In this document: positions 40,503-50,164 of the stretch, in pieces
Position numbering within the stretch: the stretch's first letter is position 1
Layout of the letters: every line of letters starts with the position of its first letter
IMG/VR virus record: IMGVR_UViG_3300007609_001041
Coordinates: 1 to 64,000 of that record
Length of the DNA stretch: 64,000 nucleotides
Direction: 5' to 3' (one strand)
From: an uncultured virus (IMG/VR IMGVR_UViG_3300007609_001041)
Lineage: Duplodnaviria > Heunggongvirae > Uroviricota > Caudoviricetes
Position numbers and translations under genes: made by a program
Notes under the pieces: generated by a model
What the model was told of the DNA's origin: nothing
What the model saw: only the letters and a program-made list of their open reading frames with translations
The model's database searches: none

Positions 40503-41346
40503 TATCGTTGTTACAAGTAAACCAGTAGATGGACTTCTTTATTATAGTTACGAATACTGTGATATGCTTAACAAAGCAGGCTATCCTGCTAAGGTTGTTA
40601 TTATATGTCACCAAAAATTTAGTGTACTAGATTATATGGAAGTCCTAACCACCAAATACACATATGTAGATAATGTTGTGTATAACAATTTAAATGTAGG
40701 CAATGACGATGTAACACTTGTTATGGGCAGGAGTATGATTACACTGTCTTGGATCAATTACAACGATTATACAGAAGAACAAAAACAAACACTGCATAGT
40801 GTATTTGCTAATAAAGTAATAAGTGTGTATTCAGAAAATCATCCTGCACAATATCCGCAGGCAGTAGAGTTTTATAGCCCTAAACAAATTGTAGACCTAT
40901 GCGACACTGAAGTGTATCCTAATGGCGTAGGAGAACACTTTGAAAAAACAATTAATTTTAGTATATATAAACCGCACACAGACAACATACAATTTAAACA
41001 TTTATTTCTAGGAACAAACGACAAATACTACGCAACAGTAGAAAAGGTAATTGACCAATTTCCTGATCACGGGATCTTGACATATGACGAAAAGTATGTT
41101 AATATTAAAAATAATAACGTATTTGCACCTGTAGGAAATCTAATGGGCATGTTCGAAACATATGTTTACACAAAAGAAACATTTGATCCGGCTCCTAGAA
41201 TCTTTCAAGAGTGCAAATATTATGGAAAGGATGTGATTTACTTGAGAGACAAAAACATACAAGACGGCGGCAGTGTGTACTGGAAACGAGATCTAAAAGA
41301 ACCAGATGTAACAGCAATCATAAATGCTATAAAGGAATTTAAATGA
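40495..41346 (+). CDS. Possible degenerate GT-B (GT4-like) glycosyltransferase
   Basis: C-terminal DPAPRIFQECKYYGKDVI resembles the GT4 E-x7-E...G.PVI motif; the N-terminal strand-G-helix-G-strand pattern also fits. Confidence 0.4.
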   Translation: MINIVVTSKPVDGLLYYSYEYCDMLNKAGYPAKVVIICHQKFSVLDYMEVLTTKYTYVDNVVYNNLNVGNDDVTLVMGRSMITLSWINYNDYTEEQKQTLHSVFANKVISVYSENHPAQYPQAVEFYSPKQIVDLCDTEVYPNGVGEHFEKTINFSIYKPHTDNIQFKHLFLGTNDKYYATVEKVIDQFPDHGILTYDEKYVNIKNNNVFAPVGNLMGMFETYVYTKETFDPAPRIFQECKYYGKDVIYLRDKNIQDGGSVYWKRDLKEPDVTAIINAIKEFK

Positions 41347-41702
41347 AAATTGATCCAAAATGTCTAAAATTTAATACCCCAAAAAATAAAGGTGCGGCAT
41401 ATACTTCTGATGGATTTATGCTGCCCTGCTGTTGGATAGACGATCCGCCAGTTTATAGATATCTTGTAGAAATGGGTATGAAAGATCCGGAATTAGCATT
41501 AGAAAATAACGATTGCTTAGAAGACATTTTTACATCAGATCAATGGGAGAACTTCTTCCAAAAATTATACGATGATCCTGATCGGTGTTCATATATGTGT
41601 AAGAAAAAATGCGGCGTTGAACTTACCGACGGCGAAACTGAAATTCGTAAAGTAGAAGAAAGACTAGAGGTTTTAAAACAAAGTGAAGGAAAGAATTACT
41701 GA
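41343..41702 (+). CDS. Stand-alone SPASM/twitch-like Fe-S protein
   Basis: PKC...DGFMLPCCW...LEDIF...W...C...C...C. Confidence 0.6.
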   Translation: MKIDPKCLKFNTPKNKGAAYTSDGFMLPCCWIDDPPVYRYLVEMGMKDPELALENNDCLEDIFTSDQWENFFQKLYDDPDRCSYMCKKKCGVELTDGETEIRKVEERLEVLKQSEGKNY

Positions 41703-42426
41703 TACCTATGTAAAATATCAGAAAAATTGCAGGATTAATGTCGATACCTCGCATCGTTGTCCCTTTCGGTGCCCTCAGTGCGTGAGACAAAAGACAATAA
41801 GCCAAGATATGATACGTAGAAGTTTTGATTTGGAAGAACATAACTTTCAAAAAATATTAGATTATTACGATAATGGTCCTACATTTTGTGGACAAATTTC
41901 TGACCCTATCTATCATCCTAGATTTTTAAATTTTTTAAAAATGTGCAATGGACGAAATAGAGCTGTTCGTATTGCCACAGTAGGTAGTGGTAAAAGCGAC
42001 GAGTGGTGGGACGAGGCTTATAGCTATGGTCTTGGAGAAAATCAGTGGACTTTCGGAGTAGACGGTATAGACGAAAAGAGCGAACTGTATCGCGTTGGTA
42101 GTAATTTCAAAGATCAATGGCGTCGAATGCAACAGGGTAGAGATCTAGGACATGTAATTGTTTGGCAGTATATTATATTTGGTTATAATGAACACGAAAT
42201 AGATCAGGCAGTAGAAATTGCAAAGAAAGAAGATTTTACTCTGCTTTTTGTTAACACAAACAGGGGATTTAATCCAGAAAGTGATACCCTGAGAAAGAAT
42301 GTTAATTTTAAAATAAACAGTCCCGATCCAAAGCATCTTACTGATCGTCTTAAGAAAGAATGGTATGCTCATACCACAGATGTATTTCAGGCCTGGCGTG
42401 ATCTTCCTCCTTGGAGTCCGAAATGA
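41683..42426 (+). CDS. Short radical SAM enzyme
   Basis: CPFRCPQC, FCGQISDP, FGVDG...YRVG and WQYIIFGYNEH. Confidence 0.85.
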   Translation: MKERITDTYVKYQKNCRINVDTSHRCPFRCPQCVRQKTISQDMIRRSFDLEEHNFQKILDYYDNGPTFCGQISDPIYHPRFLNFLKMCNGRNRAVRIATVGSGKSDEWWDEAYSYGLGENQWTFGVDGIDEKSELYRVGSNFKDQWRRMQQGRDLGHVIVWQYIIFGYNEHEIDQAVEIAKKEDFTLLFVNTNRGFNPESDTLRKNVNFKINSPDPKHLTDRLKKEWYAHTTDVFQAWRDLPPWSPK

Positions 42427-42992
42427 AAAGTAAAAAGAATAGCCTAGTTAAATGTGAGCATTATCCAACATTATTTTATGATACGCAATCTGATACTTTT
42501 GTAAAGTATTATAGTGATCGAGCTCCTTTTGAAAAATGGTGGAGTGTTTATAGAGAGTATCAAAATTTTGAACATAGAACTGTGCAGGTTTTAGACGTAA
42601 ATTTCAAAAAGAAATACTTTGTAATGGAGTCAATAAAAGGTATTAATCTTGAGCACGAGATGATTAAACTAGATTTTGAGGATACAAAGAAAGTTCTGAC
42701 ACAGACTTTAGAAATTTTTAGTAATAAATTTAGTTTTGCATGCGAAGCTATGCATGACACAGAGATATTTTTCCATAAAGACTTTCGAACTGAAAATCTC
42801 ATGTTTGACGAAAATAAAAATGTGAGACTAGTAGACCCTGATAGTTTCAGTGTTTTGCCACTTGATAGAATGAATAATTTATTGTTTTTTGGAAGGTACA
42901 TGGATACTCTTACATCCATTCGAGAACGCCTTAGTTTTGCAGAGCTTACCGAAGAGCAAAAATATCGATTAGGAAGAGGATATTTATACTAA
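42423..42992 (+). CDS. Small protein-kinase-like (PKL) phosphotransferase
   Basis: VMESIKG, HKDFRTENLMF (catalytic loop) and LVDPD; start re-assigned to ATG 42423 (ATGA overlap). Confidence 0.65.
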   Translation: MKSKKNSLVKCEHYPTLFYDTQSDTFVKYYSDRAPFEKWWSVYREYQNFEHRTVQVLDVNFKKKYFVMESIKGINLEHEMIKLDFEDTKKVLTQTLEIFSNKFSFACEAMHDTEIFFHKDFRTENLMFDENKNVRLVDPDSFSVLPLDRMNNLLFFGRYMDTLTSIRERLSFAELTEEQKYRLGRGYLY

Positions 42993-44065
42993 TGATTTCT
43001 TATGACGGCTGGGATAAGGAGTATCAAGAAAATCGAGAAGAATACTTGGAAGTGTTTGATCGTTTTATGAGTCAAATGAATTACGAAAATAATGAAGACT
43101 GGGAGCGTAGTTTTGCAGAACGTGTAGGTCGTAAACATTGTGTTAGTGTTGCTAGTGCCACAGATGCACTACACTTTACGCTATTAGCACACGGTATTGG
43201 TACAGACGACGAAGTACTAGTAACAGACTTTAGTTGGATTAGTAGTTCAGCTTGCGTAAGTATGGTAGGTGCCACTCCAGTATTTTGCGACATTGACTTA
43301 GATACATATCATATGAGCTTAGACAGCATACAGCGCATGTACAGCAGTAAGACTAAGGCAATTGTATATGTACACCTATTTGGTAACATGACTGACACAA
43401 GCGCAATACAAGCGTTCTGTGCAGAAAAAAATATACTGTTTATCGAAGATGCTGCACAGAGTTTAGGTAGTAGTCTCAACGGTGTTAGAGCAGGCACTAT
43501 TGGCGATTGCAGTGTGTACAGTTTTAACTCAAACAAAGTTATTGCAGGCATCAACGGCGGCGGCGTTGTGTTAACCGACAACGAAGATATTGCAAAACGT
43601 GTAAAGCAGATTCGCAGACACGGCAAAGACAAAACATTCGACACGCTAGGCTACAACAGTCGCATGTATGTGCTTAATGCAGAAATTATTAATCTGCGAT
43701 TACAACGTGCAGAAGAAAATCAATCAAAGCGTCAAGATATTGCAAAACGTTACAACGAAGCATTTGCAGAGTTGTCTGTAGTAACACAAGCAATGTCAAA
43801 CGGATTAAATCACAACTATCACAAATACGTAGTAAGATTCAAAGACAAGGACACTAGAAAGCGTGTTAAAGACGCCTTAAATGCTAGTATACACTACGAG
43901 ACTCCGTTGAGTGCTAACGGTATGTACGACACACTACAGTGCAGGAGAGACGCTTGTACAGCGTCTGTGACGGCATCTAATACTGTTTTATCGTTGCCGA
44001 TACACGCTTGGTTAACTGAGGATGAAATAAGTAATATTATCAAACTAGTTAAGGATAACATATGA
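42992..44065 (+). CDS. DegT/DnrJ/EryC1/StrS family PLP-dependent (sugar) aminotransferase
   Basis: SATDAL, GATPVFCD, VHLFG, IEDAAQSLG, SFNSNK (PLP lysine), GGG, GYNSRM and LSLP. Confidence 0.93.
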   Translation: MISYDGWDKEYQENREEYLEVFDRFMSQMNYENNEDWERSFAERVGRKHCVSVASATDALHFTLLAHGIGTDDEVLVTDFSWISSSACVSMVGATPVFCDIDLDTYHMSLDSIQRMYSSKTKAIVYVHLFGNMTDTSAIQAFCAEKNILFIEDAAQSLGSSLNGVRAGTIGDCSVYSFNSNKVIAGINGGGVVLTDNEDIAKRVKQIRRHGKDKTFDTLGYNSRMYVLNAEIINLRLQRAEENQSKRQDIAKRYNEAFAELSVVTQAMSNGLNHNYHKYVVRFKDKDTRKRVKDALNASIHYETPLSANGMYDTLQCRRDACTASVTASNTVLSLPIHAWLTEDEISNIIKLVKDNI

Positions 44066-44781
44066 TAGAAGAATTATTTGGTAAAAGAAAACATGTTGTA
44101 CATTATGATACAGAAATTATTCCTACACGATCCGAAGTAGAAGAAATACTAAGAGTAGGGTATTCTCTAGCAACATCCAAACAGAAGGCTTATGCCTATA
44201 AGTTTTGGATATTAGGACCAAATAAAGAACGCAGTCACATGTTATGGGAAATGGCTGAAGGTAGGAAAATTGATGTGGATTACGAAGCATACGGTACTAC
44301 TACAAAAGATAAAAAATATGTTGCTAATCCCGCTTTGTTCCATCTAAAAAGTTCTCCGTGGACTTTTTTGGTTACTCCGAGAACTTCGTCCCCTAATCCG
44401 CATTTTAAGTATGCATTTGAAACTGCTGGCAGTAAATGGCAGTTAGAAGACAGGGACTTTGTTAATACAAAAAACAGAGAATCAAATGCCATAGATGTAG
44501 GAATGGTGGCAAAAACAATCAGCGGAGCCGCATTTGAAAAAGGTTGGGATGTATCATACAATATCTGTTTTGAAAACGACAAAACAAAATGGCCAAAGTG
44601 TCTTCCATTCATTAGTGACCATGCTACAGGTTTTAGGCCTGTAATGATGATGACCTTAGGAAAAGGAAAAAAATATTATTATGAAAGATTGATTAGTGAC
44701 GGCACAATCGCAAATGATCCTAAATATAATGCAGATCCTCCTTTTGAAACTATTTTCGAATTTTTTGACGAGAACAAATGA
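44062..44781 (+). CDS. Nitroreductase-fold protein 1
   Basis: KRKHV..YD, ATSKQK, DVGM.A..I..AA.EKG.D and MTLGK. Confidence 0.65.
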   Translation: MIEELFGKRKHVVHYDTEIIPTRSEVEEILRVGYSLATSKQKAYAYKFWILGPNKERSHMLWEMAEGRKIDVDYEAYGTTTKDKKYVANPALFHLKSSPWTFLVTPRTSSPNPHFKYAFETAGSKWQLEDRDFVNTKNRESNAIDVGMVAKTISGAAFEKGWDVSYNICFENDKTKWPKCLPFISDHATGFRPVMMMTLGKGKKYYYERLISDGTIANDPKYNADPPFETIFEFFDENK

Positions 44782-45467
44782 TGGAAAATTATAAGTATGT
44801 TTTAGAGTATGATAATTCTGCATTTATTGATCCTACTCATATTGATAATGCATTAGAATATGCTTGGAAGGTAACTCCGTCAAAACAAAATTTTATGCCT
44901 TATAAGGTGCATGTTCTCTCACCCGAAGCTGAAGGGCATAAACAAATTTTATACAACAAAGCACTCATTCAACAAGCGCGAGGATCAGGAATTAAGATAA
45001 AAAATTCTAAAGCCTTGCAAAAATATGATCAGCGATTAAAGAATGATGACATGCAACCTTTTTTTCGTAATTTAAAAACAGCTCCGTATGTTTTTATATT
45101 TGCACAGCGGGTTGAAGACGAACCTAATCCATTCCAGCAACATAATATCAATTATGGATTAACATATTGTCAAACAGAGAATAGCGACCCCGGACATGCA
45201 CACGGTAAAGATATTGCAAGAATTGAAATAGGCATGTTCAGTGCAAATCTTGCATCGCATTTGTTAACTAATAAGATAGATGTTTCTTTTACACAGTGTT
45301 TTCCTGGTGAGCTTGACACTTGGACTGAAAAAGAATTTAAATTTTTAAAAGATGACGTTCTTTTAATTATGACGGCAGGCAAAGGCAAAATATATAGAAG
45401 AGATCTTAAATCACAAGAAAAAGATCTAAAACCAAATTTTAAAAGAATAGTAAACAAGGAAGTATAA
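44778..45467 (+). CDS. Nitroreductase-fold protein 2
   Basis: AWKVTPSKQNFMPYKVHVL, TAPYVF, EIGMF and MTAGK. Confidence 0.68.
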   Translation: MMENYKYVLEYDNSAFIDPTHIDNALEYAWKVTPSKQNFMPYKVHVLSPEAEGHKQILYNKALIQQARGSGIKIKNSKALQKYDQRLKNDDMQPFFRNLKTAPYVFIFAQRVEDEPNPFQQHNINYGLTYCQTENSDPGHAHGKDIARIEIGMFSANLASHLLTNKIDVSFTQCFPGELDTWTEKEFKFLKDDVLLIMTAGKGKIYRRDLKSQEKDLKPNFKRIVNKEV

Positions 45468-46147
45468 TGATTAAAAAGATTTTAGACAAATGGAAATATG
45501 TTCTTGCATTCGATACTGAACACAGAACAGACAAAACTGTTATTAAAGACATAATGCATACAGCTTGGCAGACAACGCCGAGCAAAAACAGTTTCATGCC
45601 TTATAGAGTTCATGTATTTGGCCCAGGAGAAGAAAAGTCAAAAAGAATAATATATGAAACAAGTGCCGCAAAAGAGAAAAATTCAAACAGCAGAAATTCG
45701 AACCCCGATCAATGGGAAGTTAATTCAAATAAAGCAAGTTTATTAACAGCTGAATATATCCTGGTATTCACTCCGAGAGCAGAAGATAATCCTAGTCCTT
45801 GGCAAATTCATCTACACAACGGCGGGTGCTACATGGATGCATGGTACGAAGACAAATTAAAAAAATATAGGGCAACAATTTTAGTAGAAGTTGGGTTATT
45901 TGCACAAGCAGTCTCTACATTGTGTTTAGAACAAGGTCTGCATACTAACTACATTTCATCATTTGAATCAGATTTAGAATACTGGAAAGATCTTGACTTT
46001 ATAAAGCATCCACCTTGTCTAATTATGGGAATAGGTAAGGCTAAGTATTTTCGTAGAGAATGGATGAAAAAAATCGGATGGGACGAAGGTGATCATAAAC
46101 CGAGCTTCAGCAGTGTAGTTAATTTCCATGGAATTGATACCGAATGA
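45467..46147 (+). CDS. Nitroreductase-fold protein 3
   Basis: AWQTTPSKNSFMPYRVHV, EVGLFAQ...EQGL and MGIGK. Confidence 0.68.
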   Translation: MIKKILDKWKYVLAFDTEHRTDKTVIKDIMHTAWQTTPSKNSFMPYRVHVFGPGEEKSKRIIYETSAAKEKNSNSRNSNPDQWEVNSNKASLLTAEYILVFTPRAEDNPSPWQIHLHNGGCYMDAWYEDKLKKYRATILVEVGLFAQAVSTLCLEQGLHTNYISSFESDLEYWKDLDFIKHPPCLIMGIGKAKYFRREWMKKIGWDEGDHKPSFSSVVNFHGIDTE

Positions 46148-46782
46148 TGTCAACCGATCAAATGGAAAATAATTTTTTTAACCGAACTGAAGTAAATGTG
46201 GATATTGCATATAGATGTGCTCTTGACTGTCCGAGATGTCAACGTTGGAGGGTCTATAGAAAGCATAACAAGAAAGTTCCAGGTTATGACATGACCATGA
46301 CTGAGTTTAAAAGAATTGTCTCACACTTTACTGAAGTTAGTTTTTGCGGACAGTATTCTGATCCAATTCATCATCCGAAATTTATTGATTTTCTAAAACT
46401 ATGCAAGGATAAAGGTATAAAAGCATCTGTGCATAATGCATCATCTGCTAAATCAGAAGATTGGTATATTCAAGCATTTAAAGCAAATCCCAATGCTCAA
46501 TGGTTTTTTGGAATAGACGGGTTGCCTCATCAGAGCCATCAGTATAGAATTAATCAAGATGGCGTAAAACTTTATAATATTATGCTAGAAGCAAAAAAGT
46601 ATTTAAAAACAAAACCAATATGGCAGTACATCATTTTTAATTACAATGAAAATCATGTCGAAGAAGCTAAAAAAATGGCTGACGACGACGACGTCTATTT
46701 TATGTTAGTAAGATCTTCTAGGTGGGACCGAGACGATCCATTAATGCCTACTCTTAAAGAATATAAGTTAAATAGATTATGA
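46144..46782 (+). CDS. Short radical SAM enzyme, paralog of 41683..42426
   Basis: CALDCPRC, FCGQYSDPIHHP, FGIDG...YR and WQYIIFNYNE. Confidence 0.85.
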   Translation: MMSTDQMENNFFNRTEVNVDIAYRCALDCPRCQRWRVYRKHNKKVPGYDMTMTEFKRIVSHFTEVSFCGQYSDPIHHPKFIDFLKLCKDKGIKASVHNASSAKSEDWYIQAFKANPNAQWFFGIDGLPHQSHQYRINQDGVKLYNIMLEAKKYLKTKPIWQYIIFNYNENHVEEAKKMADDDDVYFMLVRSSRWDRDDPLMPTLKEYKLNRL

Positions 46783-47114
46783 CTGTAGAATTAAAACCAA
46801 AATGTTTTGAAGATCAGCAGATGGCTGTAACTAATAGAGGTCATTTAATACCTTGTTGTTATTGCGATACTCAGCATACTATGAATGATTTAGAATTTCA
46901 AAAACTATTGAAAGTTAGCAAAATAAGCGACTATAACAGTATAGAAGAAATTTTGAATACAAACGAATGGAAAGAGTTTTATAAAAATCTGCAACAAAAT
47001 ATTGGGCCTCGTGCTTGTCAGACTGTCTGTGCTAAAAATAAAAAAGACCCGTTAAATATTAAAGAAATAGAAGACGGTCGAACAGGAAAAATTATACATA
47101 CTAGAATTGCATAG
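46779..47114 (+). CDS. Stand-alone SPASM/twitch-like Fe-S protein, paralog of 41343..41702
   Basis: PKC...RGHLIPCCYCD...IEEIL...W...C..VC. Confidence 0.6.
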   Translation: MTVELKPKCFEDQQMAVTNRGHLIPCCYCDTQHTMNDLEFQKLLKVSKISDYNSIEEILNTNEWKEFYKNLQQNIGPRACQTVCAKNKKDPLNIKEIEDGRTGKIIHTRIA

Positions 47115-47133
47115 CAACATATGGAAGATTAAA

Positions 47134-47805
47134 ATGTTAGAAGAGTTAATGCTGAAAAGGCAACAAGTAAGATTTTTTGATAGAGAAAACTATCCTAGCG
47201 AAAAAATAATTTACTCAATCTTAGAAAAAACTTATCAAATAGTTCCATCTAAACAAAATTTAGTGCCTTACAAAGTCCATGTGTTAGGTCCAAGCATGGA
47301 AGAACATAAAAGAGAGTTATATCTTTTATCTTCTAAACAACAGCTAGGTGACAAGTTAAATTATAACGAACTTGCCAAACGTAATAGCGGAAATACACAG
47401 TTGTTGGCTCCTTATGTTCTACTTTTTGAAAAAAGATTACCAGAACCTAACGATTTTGTAAAAAAAGAAATGCTCCTAGGACATAAATTTAATGAATGTT
47501 TGCCCGAACAACAAAGAAATCAAAGGATAGCTACAGCTATCGAGGTGGGTATGTTTACAGCAATGCTATCTGGGTTTTGTATGGAGGAAGATATTTCTCT
47601 AAGTTATATAGGATGCCTTCCTGGAAACCCAGAAACCTACAAAAATAATCCTTCTGTCAATTTTGATTTTATCGAACAACACATTTTTTTAGGGATAGGC
47701 ATAGGTTACCAAGACTATTCTATCGAAGAAAATCTTAGATTATCTCGTTTACAAAATTGTGGAGAGATAAAACCTAAAAGTGATAATGTAATTGTTAAAC
47801 ATTAA
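47134..47805 (+). CDS. Nitroreductase-fold protein 4
   Basis: KRQQVRFF, VPSKQNLVPYKVHVLGP, APYVL, EVGMF and IGIGY; start re-assigned to ATG 47134. Confidence 0.72.
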   Translation: MLEELMLKRQQVRFFDRENYPSEKIIYSILEKTYQIVPSKQNLVPYKVHVLGPSMEEHKRELYLLSSKQQLGDKLNYNELAKRNSGNTQLLAPYVLLFEKRLPEPNDFVKKEMLLGHKFNECLPEQQRNQRIATAIEVGMFTAMLSGFCMEEDISLSYIGCLPGNPETYKNNPSVNFDFIEQHIFLGIGIGYQDYSIEENLRLSRLQNCGEIKPKSDNVIVKH

Positions 47806-47810
47806 TGGTG

Positions 47811-47839
47811 TTGACAATTCATATTAATTAGTGTATAAT
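47811..47839 (+). promoter_or_regulatory. Consensus sigma70 promoter inside the enzyme island
   Basis: TTGACA (47811-47816), 17 nt, TATAAT (47834-47839), in the only sizeable intergenic gap of the plus-strand block. Confidence 0.85.
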
Positions 47840-47867
47840 ATAAGAAAATAAGTATAGGAAAATAAAA

Positions 47868-48704
47868 ATGTTTCTAACCCTTGAAGATTTAAAAGGTTCA
47901 GAATATCGTACAGTAGACTTTTATATGACAAAAAGTTGTAATAAGAGTTGCCATTATTGTACTGCATGGACTCTTGAAATGCGTAATCTTGATGTTGACA
48001 TGGATTTTTTGCGTACTATTTTAGAAGGTCTTGCTCCTTATAAAACACGTATTTGTTTGCTCGGCGGTGAACCTGGACTTGTTAAGAACTTAAGAGAAGT
48101 TATTGCCGAAATTAAAAAGTATCCCAATCTAGTAGTACAGGTACTTTCTAACAGTCTTATACGTAAATTTTATCCAGAAGTATTAGAAGATCCTGAGATT
48201 ATTTACATCGAACATTTAGTGTTGGACTTTTACGAAGATCGAATTGAAAAGTTAGGTAACTATGATTTCTTTGAACCTAATGATCTAAACAATTATAATC
48301 TTATAATTGAAACACCTGGATACTTTGATTACAGAGACAAACATGATTTGTCTTATCTTATGCACAAAAATACAGAATTTAAAGAATATAATTCACGCTC
48401 TCCGGATTTCTTTTCAGATCATAAAATTGTACAAGCGCCAGAAATTGAAAGACGAGTATGTGCTAAGTTTCCGCAAGTTCCTGTGTTTGATTTTGAAATA
48501 CAAAAAATTAGACATTGTAGCAGGAAAGTTATTAACGGTAGCCGTCAATTTGATGTTACTAAAGAAAATATTGAAAAGATGATGAACTACGAACTTTTTG
48601 AATTCGAAAACTATTGCAAAGGTTGTATGGATATTATTCCTCCGAGGCCAGTAGCACGTAGATTAGAAATATTAGAAAAAATAGCATTAGAAGATATCAC
48701 ATGA
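47868..48704 (+). CDS. Radical SAM enzyme with a C-terminal twitch-like Cys cluster
   Basis: CNKSCHYC and LGGEPGL; C-terminal C...HC...CKGC. Confidence 0.85.
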   Translation: MFLTLEDLKGSEYRTVDFYMTKSCNKSCHYCTAWTLEMRNLDVDMDFLRTILEGLAPYKTRICLLGGEPGLVKNLREVIAEIKKYPNLVVQVLSNSLIRKFYPEVLEDPEIIYIEHLVLDFYEDRIEKLGNYDFFEPNDLNNYNLIIETPGYFDYRDKHDLSYLMHKNTEFKEYNSRSPDFFSDHKIVQAPEIERRVCAKFPQVPVFDFEIQKIRHCSRKVINGSRQFDVTKENIEKMMNYELFEFENYCKGCMDIIPPRPVARRLEILEKIALEDIT

Positions 48705-50164
48705 AGTTTTATGCAGTAGCCTTAAATATGCACGATCATAATACATATGACGGTGTAACACACTATCAACTAGAAAGACACACCCGTGCTAAACATAATC
48801 TAAATTATAAAAATGTTCATGATCCAGAACCGAGTAAACGTTTTTTTGATAATTTTGTAAAGACTAATGATAAAGTACTTTGCTTTACTGTTTCTAATCT
48901 AGGACAAGAATTTGTATTAGACCGGATTGAAAAAAAATTCGGAAAAGACTTTTTAAACTTCAGACCTAGCCATATCTGGGATTGTTATCATACCGATGAT
49001 TTTTATTATATCGATCATCATCAAAGTCATGCTACCTATGCTCTTCTAAGTTCAGGATTTCCGGAAAGTGACATTCTTGCTATCGACGGCAGAGGTTGGC
49101 AATTTAATTGTATTTTTGTTAACAAAGAAGGAAGAATAAAAGATCTTACAGATGAATTATCTATTGGCGGACTTTGGAATAGGCTATCGCAAGATCTTGG
49201 TTTTGGATATTTAGGCGCAGGTAAAGTAATGGGTCTTGCTGGTTACGGTAAGTATGATCATAGGGTTCACGCTATGTTAGAAGTATATCTCACTAATGAT
49301 AATAACCTTCCTAACTGGTATAAAAAAATTATCGACAGCTGCAACAAAGAAGATATTGCTTTTACTCTACAATATGTTACAGAAGAATTAATTAAAAAAT
49401 ATGTATATCCTCTCAAAACTAGTGACAATTTGTGTGTAGCAGGCGGAGTAGCATATAATGGCTACATGAATGAGGAATTTACTAAACATTATAAAAACGT
49501 ACATGTACCGCCTGCTGTTGGTGACGAAGGTCAGGCAATAGGTACTTACATGCATGCCGAATATGTAGTAAACGGAAATGTACACATTCCTTGTGTATAC
49601 TCTGGTGTTGAACATAAGTACACACTACCAGATACATTTGAAGATTTGAATATCCCTAAACTGGCACAACAAATAGCAGATGGCAAAATAGTAGGATGGT
49701 TCCAAGGAAAGAGTGAAAGTGGTAATAGAGCACTAGGCAATCGTAGTATACTTGCAGATCCACGCAATCCCGATATTAAAGATATTATTAACAGTAAGAT
49801 TAAACTACGTGAAGACTTTAGACCGTTTGCTCCTAGCGTACTAGAAGAACATTATACAGAATATTTTGATACTAATCAGCCATCGCCTTATATGAGCAGG
49901 ATTGTAAAAGTTAAAGGTAACATCATACCGGGCGTAACTCACGTAGACAGTACAGCAAGGATTCAAACTGTTAATAAAACACAGAATCAAAAATTTTATG
50001 ATTTAATTAACGAATTTTATAAAATTACAGGAGTTCCTATGTTACTTAACACAAGTTTTAACTGTCAAGAACCTATTGTAGAAACTCCGCACGAAGCATA
50101 TGAAACTTATAACAAAACTTCTTTGGATATTCTTGTTATTAATGATAAAGTGATTGAAAAATGA
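48701..50164 (+). CDS. Carbamoyltransferase, CmcH/NodU/TobZ family
   Basis: HD, ERHTR.KH, HHQSHA, DGRG, GKVMGLAGYG, AGGVAYN, GDEG, RALGNRSILADP, REDFRPFAP, HVD.TARIQTV and LLNTSFN. Confidence 0.95.
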   Translation: MKFYAVALNMHDHNTYDGVTHYQLERHTRAKHNLNYKNVHDPEPSKRFFDNFVKTNDKVLCFTVSNLGQEFVLDRIEKKFGKDFLNFRPSHIWDCYHTDDFYYIDHHQSHATYALLSSGFPESDILAIDGRGWQFNCIFVNKEGRIKDLTDELSIGGLWNRLSQDLGFGYLGAGKVMGLAGYGKYDHRVHAMLEVYLTNDNNLPNWYKKIIDSCNKEDIAFTLQYVTEELIKKYVYPLKTSDNLCVAGGVAYNGYMNEEFTKHYKNVHVPPAVGDEGQAIGTYMHAEYVVNGNVHIPCVYSGVEHKYTLPDTFEDLNIPKLAQQIADGKIVGWFQGKSESGNRALGNRSILADPRNPDIKDIINSKIKLREDFRPFAPSVLEEHYTEYFDTNQPSPYMSRIVKVKGNIIPGVTHVDSTARIQTVNKTQNQKFYDLINEFYKITGVPMLLNTSFNCQEPIVETPHEAYETYNKTSLDILVINDKVIEK

